A program made the position numbers and the translations under genes. A stretch of 45,789 nucleotides of DNA from the IMG/VR virus record IMGVR_UViG_3300046008_001462, positions 1 to 45,789 of that record; one strand, 5' to 3'. The notes beneath the pieces were generated by a model. That model made no database searches, was not told where the DNA came from, and was given only the letters and a program-made list of their open reading frames with translations. Source of the stretch: a virus (taxonomy: Duplodnaviria; Caudoviricetes). Shown piece by piece: positions 1-9,837 of the stretch (positions within the stretch are counted from its first letter, which is position 1; the number at the start of each line of letters is the position of its first letter).

Positions 1-836
1 TCATCGAACTGCTCAAAGAAAAACGTCAGGCAGTCATTAGCCATGCCGTGACCAAAGGTTTAAATCCTAACGCACCGATGAAAGATTCGGGTGTGGAGTG
101 GTTGGGCGAAGTGCCTGAGCATTGGGTTGTGAACAACATAACTTACATTCTCAATGCCATTGGAGATGTTGACCACTATATGCCGCAATCTGTTGAAAAC
201 GGCATACCTTATGTTATGACTGGTGATTTAAAAGAGTTTGTTAGCGGTATAAGTTTTAAAGATTGTAAGCAAGTCAGTCATGAAGACTATGTGAAATTGT
301 CCCAAAAAATCAAAAGCTCTAAAGGTGATTTGATTGTGGCTCGATATGCAACAATTGGAACTGCATCATACGTTGATATAGACGCTGATTTTTTGGTTTC
401 TTATTCTTGTGTAACTATTAAACCTAATCTCTCAAAAGTATTTGGTTTATATCTTTTTTACTACTTCAAATCGGATTCTTTTTTGCAAGGAATTCAAAAT
501 CAAATAAATACGAATACTCAGGGAAATGTTGGTATCAATGATTTGAAAAAAGTAACGATAGCTCTACCAACTTTAGCTGAACAATCAAAAATTATTGAAT
601 TTCTTGATAAAAAAGTTTCAAAAGTTGACACACTAATTGAAAAATCAAACTCAGCAATCGAACTCATGCAAGAACGCCGCACCGCCCTAATTTCTGCGGC
701 AGTGACGGGGAAAATTGATGTGCGGGAATGGAAAGTTCCGCCGCGTGCGAATTGGTTTGATGGTTACGACGCAGCAAAAGATGTTGATGTTTTAGCCGCT
801 TTGCCAGTTGATGAAGCGTCAGAGGAATGGGAATGA
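1..836 (+). CDS. hsdS: Type I RM specificity subunit HsdS (5' end outside window) with an extra C-terminal tail
   Basis: Frame is open from position 3 (IELLKEKRQAVISHAVTKGLNPNAPMKDSGVEWLGEVPEHW, the HsdS central conserved region). It ends with P..EQ..I and ERRTALISAAVTGKIDVR, and its stop overlaps the hsdR start (ATGA). Confidence 0.95.
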   Translation, partial: IELLKEKRQAVISHAVTKGLNPNAPMKDSGVEWLGEVPEHWVVNNITYILNAIGDVDHYMPQSVENGIPYVMTGDLKEFVSGISFKDCKQVSHEDYVKLSQKIKSSKGDLIVARYATIGTASYVDIDADFLVSYSCVTIKPNLSKVFGLYLFYYFKSDSFLQGIQNQINTNTQGNVGINDLKKVTIALPTLAEQSKIIEFLDKKVSKVDTLIEKSNSAIELMQERRTALISAAVTGKIDVREWKVPPRANWFDGYDAAKDVDVLAALPVDEASEEWE

Positions 837-3800
837 GCAAAGCCAACGAATTACCGTTTCAAAATGACATCATTTCGCAATTACTCGCTAACGGCTGGTT
901 GCTCGGAAAATCTGAAAATTACAATCAAGAATTGGCGTTGTATTCGGAAGATTTACTCGGTTTTGTGCAAGAAACCCAGCCGCAACAATGGCAGAAATTT
1001 TGTGCGTTGTATCCGAATAATGCCGACGAAAAGTTTTTAGAACGTGTTGCCAATCAGCTCAACAAATCCGACCCAAACGCCGCCAATAAAGAAATGCGAA
1101 CTTTCGGCACGTTGGGTGTTTTGCGTCACGAAATCAAAGACCGAAACACGCGCTTTCGGTTGTGCCAATTCAAACCCGAACACGATTTAAACCCTGACAC
1201 GTTGGCGCGTTATGAAAAGAACCGTTGCCGCGTTGTACCTGAATTGGTTTATAGCGCGTGGGGAAATTTGGCGCGAATTGATTTAGTGTTATTCGTGAAT
1301 GGTTTGCCGATTGCGACACTCGAACTCAAATCCGAATTCAAACAAGCGGTACACAACGCGATTAAACAATATAAAACCACCCGCTTACCGATTGACCCAA
1401 CAACGAAAAAGCCAGAACCGTTGCTCACGTTTAAGCGTGGCGCGTTAGTGCATTTTGCGGTGAGTCAGTACGAAGTTTATATGACCACGCGCCTCGAAGG
1501 TGCGGACACTTATTTTTTGCCGTTCAACAAAGGCACAACAGACGGTGGCGCGGGAAATGATTCGCCCGACGATGCCAATCAATACGCGACGGCTTATCTT
1601 TGGAATGAAGTGTTATTGCCTGAAAATTTGCTCAACATTTTGGCGCGTTTCGTTCATTTGCACATCGAAGAAAAAGAGGACTGGGAAGGTCGGCGATATA
1701 AAAAAGAAGCCTTAATTTTTCCGCGTTATCATCAATGGGACGTGGTGAAAAAATTACTTCATGCCGCCAAAACCGAAGGAACAGGGCAAAAATACTTGAT
1801 TCAACATAGCGCAGGTTCGGGCAAATCCAATTCGATTGCATGGACAGCGCATCAACTTTCGTCGCTTTACAACGAGGGCGGCAACAAGCAATTTCACTCG
1901 GTGATTATCGTCACAGACCGCACGGTTTTAGATGACCAATTACAAGACACGATTTATCAATTTGAACACGTTGATGGGGTTGTCGGACGCATCAACAACA
2001 AAGAAGGCGATGGTTCAAAATCTGAAAAATTAGCTGCCGCACTTGAAAATTCTCAGCCGATTATTATCGTGACGATTCAAACCTTCCCGTTTGTATTACG
2101 CGCCATCGAAAATAGCGTGAGTTTAAAAGAACGCTGCTACGCGATTATTGCTGACGAGGCGCATTCATCACAAACAGGCTCGACGGCGCGACAATTAAAA
2201 GAAGTCTTGATGACCGATTCGCAAATTGACGATGAAGACTTGACCGCCGAAGATATTTTAGATGCCACGATTGCTTCGCGTCGCGCTTCACCGAATGTGA
2301 GTTATTTTGCCTTCACCGCCACGCCCAAAGCAAAAACACTCGAATTATTCGGCAGATTACCCAATCCAAATGAGCCAGCATCGAAAACGAATTTACCTGC
2401 CGCGTTTCATGTCTACAGTATGCGCCAAGCCATCGAAGAAGGTTTTATTCTTGATGTGCTTAAAAATTACACCAATTACAAAGTCGCTTACAACTTGGCG
2501 TTAAAAGTTCAGGAAGCCGACCAAGAAGTGGAAAGCAAACGCGCAAAAGTAAAACTCAATCAATGGGTGCGTCTACACGATTACAACATTTCGCAAAAAG
2601 TCCAAATCATCGTTGAACATTTCAAGGATAACGTGATGGGCTTACTCGGCGGACAAGCCAAAGCGATGGTTGTCACCAGTTCACGCAAAGAAGCGGTACG
2701 TTACAAACACGGCTTTGACAAATACATCATCGAAAAAGGCTATCAAAACATTCATGCGATGGTGGCATTTTCAGGCGAAGTCGAATTCACCGACAAAGAC
2801 CCAAATTCAGAAGGTTTGATTGGTGAAAAATTCACCGAAAGCAACATGAATCCGAATTTAAAAGGACGCGATTTGCGTAAAGCGTTCGATTCGGACGATT
2901 ACCAAGTGATGATTGTGGCGAACAAATTTCAAACGGGATTCGACCAGCCCAAACTTTGCGCGATGTACGTTGATAAAAAACTCGGCGGTGTGGAATGCGT
3001 GCAAACCTTGTCGCGCTTGAATCGTACCTATTTAAGCAAAGAAACGACGTTCGTTTTAGATTTTTTCAACCAGCCGCAAGACATCCTCGAATCGTTTCAA
3101 CCATATTATCAAACAGCCGAACTCGCCGACGTATCTGACCCGAATTTGATTTTTGATTTGGCTGAAAAATTACGCGCAGCGGGGATTTTTACATGGCACG
3201 AAGTCGAACAATTTTGCGCGGCATTTTTTGTGAAAAGCAAAAGCAATGCGGCAATCGCTAACATTTGCAAACCCGCTGTAGAGCGTTGGCAAAAGCGTTA
3301 TCAATCTGCCGTTGAAGCGTTTAAACAAGCAAAAGATATGTTTGAGCGTACCAAAAAAACCGCTGATGCGGTGCTGATTACCAACGCTGAAAACAGTTTC
3401 AAGGAATGCAAAAAAGAAAAAGACAAACTCGAAATTTTCAAAAAGGATTTAGGCACGTTTGTTCGCTTTTATGAATTCATGTCACAAATCGTTGATTACG
3501 ACGACAAGGATTTAGAAAAGCTCAGTTTGTTTGCTCGTCATTTGCGCCCGATGTTGCGCGAAACCTTTATGGAAGAAGATGACATTGATTTAAGCGACGT
3601 TGCGCTCAGTCATTACCGTGTGTCGATTATTCGTCAACAAGATTTGAAACTGCAAATAGACGCGCCACAGCCGCTTGAGCCTGCAAGTGATTTAGGCTCG
3701 GCAACGGCAAAAAATATCGAAGAAGCGTTTTTGTCACAGATTATTGAACGTTTGAATGAGCTGTTTATCACCGACCATTTAACCGATAAAGACATGGTGA

Positions 3801-4036
3801 ATTACGCTTACACGATTCGAGATAAAATCAGCGAAAATGCGCTGGTAATGAAGCAAATTACAGAAAATACACCCGAACAAGCCATGCTCGGCAATTTCCC
3901 GAAAGCCATTGACGACGCAATTATGGAAAGTGGCGAAGCACATCAAAATCAAATGATGCAGCTGTTATCTGATCCAGCAAAATCGGCGGGTTTTGCTAAG
4001 GTGGTGTTTGATTTGTTGATGTTGACTAATAAATAA
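833..4036 (+). CDS. hsdR: Type I RM restriction subunit HsdR
   Basis: Nuclease motif RIDLVLFVNGLPIATLELK, Walker A HSAGSGKS, DEAH box, FTATP, QTGFDQP and QTLSRLNR helicase motifs. ATG at 833 is coupled to the hsdS stop. Confidence 0.97.
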   Translation: MSKANELPFQNDIISQLLANGWLLGKSENYNQELALYSEDLLGFVQETQPQQWQKFCALYPNNADEKFLERVANQLNKSDPNAANKEMRTFGTLGVLRHEIKDRNTRFRLCQFKPEHDLNPDTLARYEKNRCRVVPELVYSAWGNLARIDLVLFVNGLPIATLELKSEFKQAVHNAIKQYKTTRLPIDPTTKKPEPLLTFKRGALVHFAVSQYEVYMTTRLEGADTYFLPFNKGTTDGGAGNDSPDDANQYATAYLWNEVLLPENLLNILARFVHLHIEEKEDWEGRRYKKEALIFPRYHQWDVVKKLLHAAKTEGTGQKYLIQHSAGSGKSNSIAWTAHQLSSLYNEGGNKQFHSVIIVTDRTVLDDQLQDTIYQFEHVDGVVGRINNKEGDGSKSEKLAAALENSQPIIIVTIQTFPFVLRAIENSVSLKERCYAIIADEAHSSQTGSTARQLKEVLMTDSQIDDEDLTAEDILDATIASRRASPNVSYFAFTATPKAKTLELFGRLPNPNEPASKTNLPAAFHVYSMRQAIEEGFILDVLKNYTNYKVAYNLALKVQEADQEVESKRAKVKLNQWVRLHDYNISQKVQIIVEHFKDNVMGLLGGQAKAMVVTSSRKEAVRYKHGFDKYIIEKGYQNIHAMVAFSGEVEFTDKDPNSEGLIGEKFTESNMNPNLKGRDLRKAFDSDDYQVMIVANKFQTGFDQPKLCAMYVDKKLGGVECVQTLSRLNRTYLSKETTFVLDFFNQPQDILESFQPYYQTAELADVSDPNLIFDLAEKLRAAGIFTWHEVEQFCAAFFVKSKSNAAIANICKPAVERWQKRYQSAVEAFKQAKDMFERTKKTADAVLITNAENSFKECKKEKDKLEIFKKDLGTFVRFYEFMSQIVDYDDKDLEKLSLFARHLRPMLRETFMEEDDIDLSDVALSHYRVSIIRQQDLKLQIDAPQPLEPASDLGSATAKNIEEAFLSQIIERLNELFITDHLTDKDMVNYAYTIRDKISENALVMKQITENTPEQAMLGNFPKAIDDAIMESGEAHQNQMMQLLSDPAKSAGFAKVVFDLLMLTNK

Positions 4037-4045
4037 CAGAAGGTT

Positions 4046-4681
4046 TCATTTATCTTGGGGATTGTGGTGTAACACTATAGCCATGTGTCGAACAGTAAAA
4101 GGTAGCCCAGAACTCTCATGGCAATGCGTAGAGAAAAAAGCCAAATTTGGTTTCATTGCACATTCTGATTCCGAATAATCATCTAATTTAAATGCTGCAA
4201 GTCGTTTTTTCCATGTTGCAATTATTTTTGCGGCTTTGGGTTGACGAATGTAAATCAATAATCCACCGTGGAAAGCGTCCTCAGTTCCAAGCGAGTAACG
4301 TGTAGTTAATTGATCAAAACCTTGCCGCAAATAAGTATAACCACCATCATGAATTTTTGCTTCGCCCAACCATAAATAGGGCTTATCTTTCTGACTAACA
4401 ACTAAGTCACTATGCCCATTTATATTTTCGTCATGCCTTGCTTGATAGCCTTTAGCACGCAAAAACATTCTAAAATCCTCAGTTAAACGATCTTCACCAT
4501 CATTTTTTCTAAGGTTACGACCACCCTCCATCAATCTGATGCACTCATCAATATTTTGGTAGAGAATATTTACAAATTCTTCATAAGTTTGCACAAGTAT
4601 GAAATCTGCAAATCTGGCACAATCTGGACGAAGTTCGCGTAAATTTTTAAAATCAGCCAATGAAAGTGACTCTAATTGCAT
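4046..4681 (-). CDS. Putative PD-(D/E)XK restriction-like nuclease, gene 3 of an unnamed three-gene operon
   Basis: Motif EDRLT...GHSDLVV...WLGEAKIH...GFDQLTTRY. The ATG at 4681 lies 2 nt after the upstream stop (4683), so it is preferred over 4714. Confidence 0.7.
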   Translation of the reverse strand: MQLESLSLADFKNLRELRPDCARFADFILVQTYEEFVNILYQNIDECIRLMEGGRNLRKNDGEDRLTEDFRMFLRAKGYQARHDENINGHSDLVVSQKDKPYLWLGEAKIHDGGYTYLRQGFDQLTTRYSLGTEDAFHGGLLIYIRQPKAAKIIATWKKRLAAFKLDDYSESECAMKPNLAFFSTHCHESSGLPFTVRHMAIVLHHNPQDK

Positions 4682-4682
4682 T

Positions 4683-5096
4683 TCAAATTTGTCCGCTAAG
4701 TAGTTTTTCGCCATCAGGGCTTAACGTGAAATACATAAACAGTTTTGATTCAAAATCACTCATCACCTCGCCTTTATCAGGATGGAAAAAAACATTTTTT
4801 TCTTTTGCTTCGGTTACATCCTCAATAGGAATATCTACAACAAAATCACCATCTATGAATTCAAATTTTGTTGATAATAAGTGTAGTCGTTCTCCTGTAA
4901 GGTATTGCACCGCTGGAATAATTTCATGTGTCTGGGTTAAGTTTGCCGCTCTACTCAATGCTCCAAATGTAATATGCCTCAGGTTTTGTTTTGGTTGTGA
5001 ACAAATATAATCAAAAATGGCACGACAAACTTCTAGCAAATCAGGTAATTTACTGAGGTCTTCTTCCATATATTGAATGATTTTTTGTTTATTCAC
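4683..5096 (-). CDS. Hypothetical protein (possible winged-helix-like N-terminus), gene 2 of the operon
   Basis: 137-aa ORF; its start overlaps the stop of the upstream gene (5093-5096). Confidence 0.75.
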   Translation of the reverse strand: MNKQKIIQYMEEDLSKLPDLLEVCRAIFDYICSQPKQNLRHITFGALSRAANLTQTHEIIPAVQYLTGERLHLLSTKFEFIDGDFVVDIPIEDVTEAKEKNVFFHPDKGEVMSDFESKLFMYFTLSPDGEKLLSGQI

Positions 5097-6157
5097 TTTG
5101 CAGTATCGAGTAATTTAGTAATGACCATTTCAAAATTCTTTTCACATCCACTATTATCAATAACAACATATTCGATGGTCGGATTTGAAGATACCGTATG
5201 AGATAAACTTCCAGAAATTGTAACTTGTGGATAATGTCCTGTATCTGTTTCCCAACATTTTGTTATTGAGTAACAATTGGTATCCCCTCCAACTGCCTCA
5301 ATTCCTTTTTCGTGAAATAATTCCTCTCTTAAATCCAAATATTTATTCCCTCTCATTTTTTCATCCTTAATCGAAGCCGTCCCTGTAGCATGTTTCAGTT
5401 GAAGGACACAGCCATCATCTTCCTTGTACAATTTTGCAATGCTGGGAAAAAAGTTTATCGGGCTGCTCAATTCTTCATCACTTGATAATTCACGCAATGT
5501 TTTATCAATAGTGTGTTTAAGAATTCTGACTGACTCCAATATTTCTTCTGTAGTTAATTGATTTGGTATATCAATATGGATTTCCAATCTGTTTTTATCT
5601 GGACGAATAACAATGCTGTCGAATGATTGAATCAGTTTATTACGAACAACAATTATTTCCTCAACTTCTCCTAAATGTTTCACGAAAGCAGGTTCTAAAG
5701 TATCGTATGTAATTAATTCGGTAATTTTTACCGCACGTTTTTTACAAAAAATTAAACGCGCTTCGTCATCTTTTGAAAAAAAACTAGCAAAATGCTTTGC
5801 TGTTATTTCCTTGAGCTCACATTCTGTCAATGGCAATGGATAGCTAGATTTATAAGGGGATTGCTCTAAATTTAATTTAGAAAACTCATCGATTAAATCT
5901 AAACAACTTTTCTGCCCTAAGGTGAATATGACAACAGCTTTTGCACCATACCAAAGATGATTTGCATATATCATTTGCAACGAATTGTTCCAATTTGCCA
6001 ATTCATCATCTTCAAAAAGTGAATTATTAGAATACCGACTCTGTAATAAATCCCAACCCAAAGCTGATGGCATTTGATGGTGTTTTAATTCTGATTGAAG
6101 TTGACGAAATGAAAAAGACCGTGATTTCAACGCTTCAAAGATATTAAGTAAATTCAT
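5093..6157 (-). CDS. Hypothetical protein, gene 1 of the operon
   Basis: Long AT-rich ORF. Likely start is ATG 6157 (MNLLNIFEAL); the ORF track extends it to 6271. Confidence 0.75.
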   Translation of the reverse strand: MNLLNIFEALKSRSFSFRQLQSELKHHQMPSALGWDLLQSRYSNNSLFEDDELANWNNSLQMIYANHLWYGAKAVVIFTLGQKSCLDLIDEFSKLNLEQSPYKSSYPLPLTECELKEITAKHFASFFSKDDEARLIFCKKRAVKITELITYDTLEPAFVKHLGEVEEIIVVRNKLIQSFDSIVIRPDKNRLEIHIDIPNQLTTEEILESVRILKHTIDKTLRELSSDEELSSPINFFPSIAKLYKEDDGCVLQLKHATGTASIKDEKMRGNKYLDLREELFHEKGIEAVGGDTNCYSITKCWETDTGHYPQVTISGSLSHTVSSNPTIEYVVIDNSGCEKNFEMVITKLLDTAK

Positions 6158-6375
6158 TTTTTGTATATTTTGTGGTGATTTAAATGGTTTACGCAATAAC
6201 ATGTGCGTTGACATCGTCCAGTGGTTGTGATTGTAGCATTTCTGAGGCGTTATTCTTATAGATTTCCTCACGGAGTTGTACCTGATTTCTTCTCGACGCT
6301 CTTATGCCATTTATTTTTAATTGTGCTGTTTATAAGTCATTTATAATCTTGCCCCCGTAACGCTTTGGAGGCTTG

Positions 6376-6681
6376 ATGATGCCCAATTTTTTAACAGAAA
6401 TGCGTGAATTTATTGCGCGTGAACTCAAAGCCCGCTCAGTTGAATCCCAAGTCGCTGAAGACATCAGTGAAGACCTAACACTAAATTTTCGCCAAAACTA
6501 CGGTGGCGTACCAATTTACATCCATAAAAAATCTAACAACTATTCCGAACGTAACGCTGAAATTTATCGTAAATTTAACGGACGCAATGCGTTACAGCTC
6601 TGCCGAGAGTATGATTTGTGCTACCAACACATATGCAAAATTATCAAAGAACAACGTAACAAAAGACAAGAAAATTTCTAA
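6376..6681 (+). CDS. mor: Mor/C-family phage transcription activator
   Basis: Signature YGGVPIYI...RNAEIYRKFNGRNALQLCREYDLCYQHICKII. GGAGG RBS at 6367-6371 and TATAAT at 6342-6347. Confidence 0.9.
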   Translation: MMPNFLTEMREFIARELKARSVESQVAEDISEDLTLNFRQNYGGVPIYIHKKSNNYSERNAEIYRKFNGRNALQLCREYDLCYQHICKIIKEQRNKRQENF

Positions 6682-6791
6682 TGCTGGTACACGAAGTGAG
6701 TTTAATGGAAAAATGTACATGTGAATTTGATGAATTATTATGTTAGTCGAAAAAAACGAACTTTCGGCAATTGCTTGGGGAGAGATTTAAC

Positions 6792-8915
6792 ATGGATTTA
6801 GCGCAATTTATTTTTGAGATAAATAACACTAGTTCTCCATTGGACATTTTTAATCAATTTAAAATGAAAAAATATCAATTATCCAAAAGTGATTTGAAAA
6901 CAGCTAAAGAAAAACTTAGAGAATATATTTCAAATAGAAAAATTAGTGATGCAATTTCCATCATGAGAGCAATGTTACTTACATCCCCTGAAAAAATTAT
7001 TTCAACAATACGGCGAGAAGGTCTTTTTAGATGCTCAAAATATGAATATAAAGGGGAAGTTTTGCAGTCATTGGTAAATGATATGCTGGAAAATGCAAAC
7101 CACTATGCACTGACTCAAGAGCATATCGAATATTTTCAATCGGTTAATAATTTATTGTTATTAAGTGATGAGTTAATAAAACAAAGAAATTCTCTTATAG
7201 CCCGTCTATCAATCAAGAGAAATTACGTTATCAAAACGTTATTAGCGACTGTTGACGGAATGTTCTTAGATGAATCACTCGGTAATCTTGAATTAAAGAC
7301 AGATTCTGTTCAGGCATACTCTCGAGAAAGTATGGCAGAAGCTTTTTCTTACCTTTTTACTTTATTTCAAACTAATGTTGGCGAAATTGAAAAAAATCAC
7401 TTTTGTTTAATTGATAATTCTAAAAAAGAATTTTATTCAAAATTGCTCATCGATGCGGCGAAAATGTGTCAATTTAATTCTATGGAGATACTTGTTGATG
7501 CTTTCCCATATAAAGCATTAAAAAATGAAAAAGGAGAAATTAAAATTGAACCTATTGATATTGATTTAGAAAAATCAATAAATCTTGGATACATTCAATC
7601 AAATATGCAAATGCAGATCAAAACCTATCACTATCAAAAAATGCTTTCAAAAATTCCATCTGTATTGCAAATGGCAAATTCTTTTCTTGAACTAACAGAA
7701 AAAAAATTTTTAGAGATAAAAAAGAAACCAATAGCTCGCTATGTGCTTCAAGTACCAGATAATGAAAAATTTCTAAACATATTTTCTAATGACAACCTAT
7801 TTTTAGAAGACTATATAAATTTGAAGGCGTTATCTATAGAAGATTACATTTCTGAAAACGAAGCAATTCAGTCCCCTGTAGTAGGGAATATAACCGTAAT
7901 CGATATTTTAAAAATTCAAAGATTCTTTCTTTTTACACTTAGTTGTTTTCATGAAGCATTTTCACAGCATTCAAGTAAATCAGATAGATACAAAATTCAA
8001 TTACAATCATGTGTTCCTGTATTTGATAACAATCAGTTAATAACCATTTTCGATAGAATTCTTCTTTCTAAAATTAAAGCTGAAGAAATCTTAGCTTTGC
8101 TAACTTGTAATACTCAAGACGCTAGTTACATAGACATACAATATTCGCCAATAATCAAGTCTACCGATAACTATATGTTTTCTCCTGCCATTCTTGCATC
8201 ATCTAACTTGATTAGAAATATTCTTTGCCGTGAACAAAAAAGATTAACCATGCGGGAGAATAGCCCAGATCCTATGCAAACAATACTTTCTAATACATTA
8301 AAAAATATAGGTTTTTTGACAGAAGTTGAAGTTAAACGTCGATTTAATAACGAAGAATTAGAAATTGACATTATTGCTTATCGTGATGAACATCTTTTCA
8401 TTTTTGAATGTAAAAATTCATTTCATCCATGCAATGTCTATGAATTAAGGAATAGTTACGAACGTATAACTCATGCCGCAAAACAATTAGAAAAACGTGC
8501 AAAATGGTTAAATACTTTATCCGAACAAAAAAAACTATTTGATTCTCTTGGTTGGGAAAATGCTATCCCATCCGACAAAGTCATCACATGTATTGCAATA
8601 GGCAATAGAGTATTTAACAGCTATAAATGCAATAGCCATCCTGTTAGACAAGTACACGAATTACTTAATTTATTGAAATCTGGCGAAATTATTGTTGGCG
8701 ATAAGAAGTACAGAACTTGGAAAGATTTATCATTTTCTGTTGATGACCTTGTAGCTTATCTTGAAGACGGCATCTTCATTAAAGACATGATGGATTCGAT
8801 GCAACTATTTGAACGTCAATTTAAAATTGGTTCAAAAAAATTTTCGAGGAACAAGTATATGATTGATCTTCAAGATTTGACTAAAATTTCAAGTAAATAC
8901 TCTCTTGTTAATTAA
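6792..8915 (+). CDS. Large hypothetical protein with a C-terminal NERD-like PD-(D/E)XK nuclease domain (candidate defence moron)
   Basis: EVEVKRRFNNEELEIDIIAYRDEHLFIFECKN...AAKQL motif. Much more AT-rich than the flanking phage genes. ATG at 6792. Confidence 0.7.
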   Translation: MDLAQFIFEINNTSSPLDIFNQFKMKKYQLSKSDLKTAKEKLREYISNRKISDAISIMRAMLLTSPEKIISTIRREGLFRCSKYEYKGEVLQSLVNDMLENANHYALTQEHIEYFQSVNNLLLLSDELIKQRNSLIARLSIKRNYVIKTLLATVDGMFLDESLGNLELKTDSVQAYSRESMAEAFSYLFTLFQTNVGEIEKNHFCLIDNSKKEFYSKLLIDAAKMCQFNSMEILVDAFPYKALKNEKGEIKIEPIDIDLEKSINLGYIQSNMQMQIKTYHYQKMLSKIPSVLQMANSFLELTEKKFLEIKKKPIARYVLQVPDNEKFLNIFSNDNLFLEDYINLKALSIEDYISENEAIQSPVVGNITVIDILKIQRFFLFTLSCFHEAFSQHSSKSDRYKIQLQSCVPVFDNNQLITIFDRILLSKIKAEEILALLTCNTQDASYIDIQYSPIIKSTDNYMFSPAILASSNLIRNILCREQKRLTMRENSPDPMQTILSNTLKNIGFLTEVEVKRRFNNEELEIDIIAYRDEHLFIFECKNSFHPCNVYELRNSYERITHAAKQLEKRAKWLNTLSEQKKLFDSLGWENAIPSDKVITCIAIGNRVFNSYKCNSHPVRQVHELLNLLKSGEIIVGDKKYRTWKDLSFSVDDLVAYLEDGIFIKDMMDSMQLFERQFKIGSKKFSRNKYMIDLQDLTKISSKYSLVN

Positions 8916-8946
8916 AATTTTTGCAATTCAAGGTTTCTTTTGTGCA

Positions 8947-8981
8947 AAATTTCGCACGTTTTACTAAATCACGCGATTAGA
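8947..8981 (+). promoter_or_regulatory. Putative Mor/C-activated late promoter site upstream of the lysis genes
   Basis: AAATTTCGC-N5-TTACTAAATCACGCGATTAGA, 27/35 identical to 22124-22158. Contains a CTAA..TTAG dyad; TACTGT -10-like hexamer at 9001. Confidence 0.7.
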
Positions 8982-9040
8982 AACCCATCTCACTAATCTT
9001 TACTGTACAACGCTAATTCCACTCTTTAGCGGGTACGCCA

Positions 9041-9385
9041 ATGCTCCCCAATCCTTTTAATTTCAACGCAGACAGCATTATGACGTTTGCATGGGTGTGT
9101 TTTTTATCCATGTGGGGCGGCATTGCCAGCTATATCCGCAAAATCAAACAAGGCATCACCAAAAAGTTCAGTTTTTACGAACTTATCGGCGAAATGGTCA
9201 TCAGCAGTTTTGTTGGCGTGATTACCTTCTTCTTATGCCAAACCTCTAATCTTGACCAAACTATTACCGCTGCACTCGTGGGGCTATCTGGTCACATGGG
9301 CAGCCGTGCGATTTATTTCATTGAATTATTTTTGCGTAAAAAACTCGGAATTGCTCAGTGTGCAAAAACAGGAGCTGAAAAATGA
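9041..9385 (+). CDS. Phage holin (LydA-like)
   Basis: Small protein with hydrophobic segments, WGGIASY and GLSGHMGSRAI motifs, basic C-terminus. Overlaps the endolysin start. Confidence 0.88.
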   Translation: MLPNPFNFNADSIMTFAWVCFLSMWGGIASYIRKIKQGITKKFSFYELIGEMVISSFVGVITFFLCQTSNLDQTITAALVGLSGHMGSRAIYFIELFLRKKLGIAQCAKTGAEK

Positions 9386-9837
9386 TTGCTAGAAACTTAA
9401 AAGCATTTTTAGACGCGATTGCTAAAAGCGAAGGAACGTGGGGCAAAGGGGATGATGGGTACGACGTTTTAGTTGGCGGCAAATTCTTCAATAGCTACGC
9501 TGACCATCCACGCATTGCCGTCGATTTGCCAAAACTGGGCATTAAATCAACCGCCGCAGGTCGCTATCAAATTTTAGCGCGTTATTTTGATGCTTATAAA
9601 AAACAACTGGGTTTAAAAGACTTCGGCAAAGCCTCACAAGATGCCATTGCCGTGCAGTTAATCCGCGAATGTCATGCCTTAGAAGATATTGAAAAAGGAC
9701 GCATTGAAGAAGCGATTAAAAAATGCGCGTCACGCTGGGCGAGTTTGCCCAACGCGGGTTATGGACAACATGAGCAATCCATGAACTTTTTAGTCAGTGC
9801 TTACAAACAAGCGGGCGGCATGGTTTCAATTGGATAG
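9382..9837 (+). CDS. Endolysin, lambda R-like lytic transglycosylase
   Basis: AFLDAIAKSEGT...GYDVLVGG...STAAGRYQ...WASLP..GYGQ motifs. Confidence 0.95.
   Translation: MIARNLKAFLDAIAKSEGTWGKGDDGYDVLVGGKFFNSYADHPRIAVDLPKLGIKSTAAGRYQILARYFDAYKKQLGLKDFGKASQDAIAVQLIRECHALEDIEKGRIEEAIKKCASRWASLPNAGYGQHEQSMNFLVSAYKQAGGMVSIG

Noticed and set aside
4770-4790. HPDKG in the 137-aa protein as a J-domain
   Set aside because: The context lacks the flanking J-domain helices; probably coincidental.
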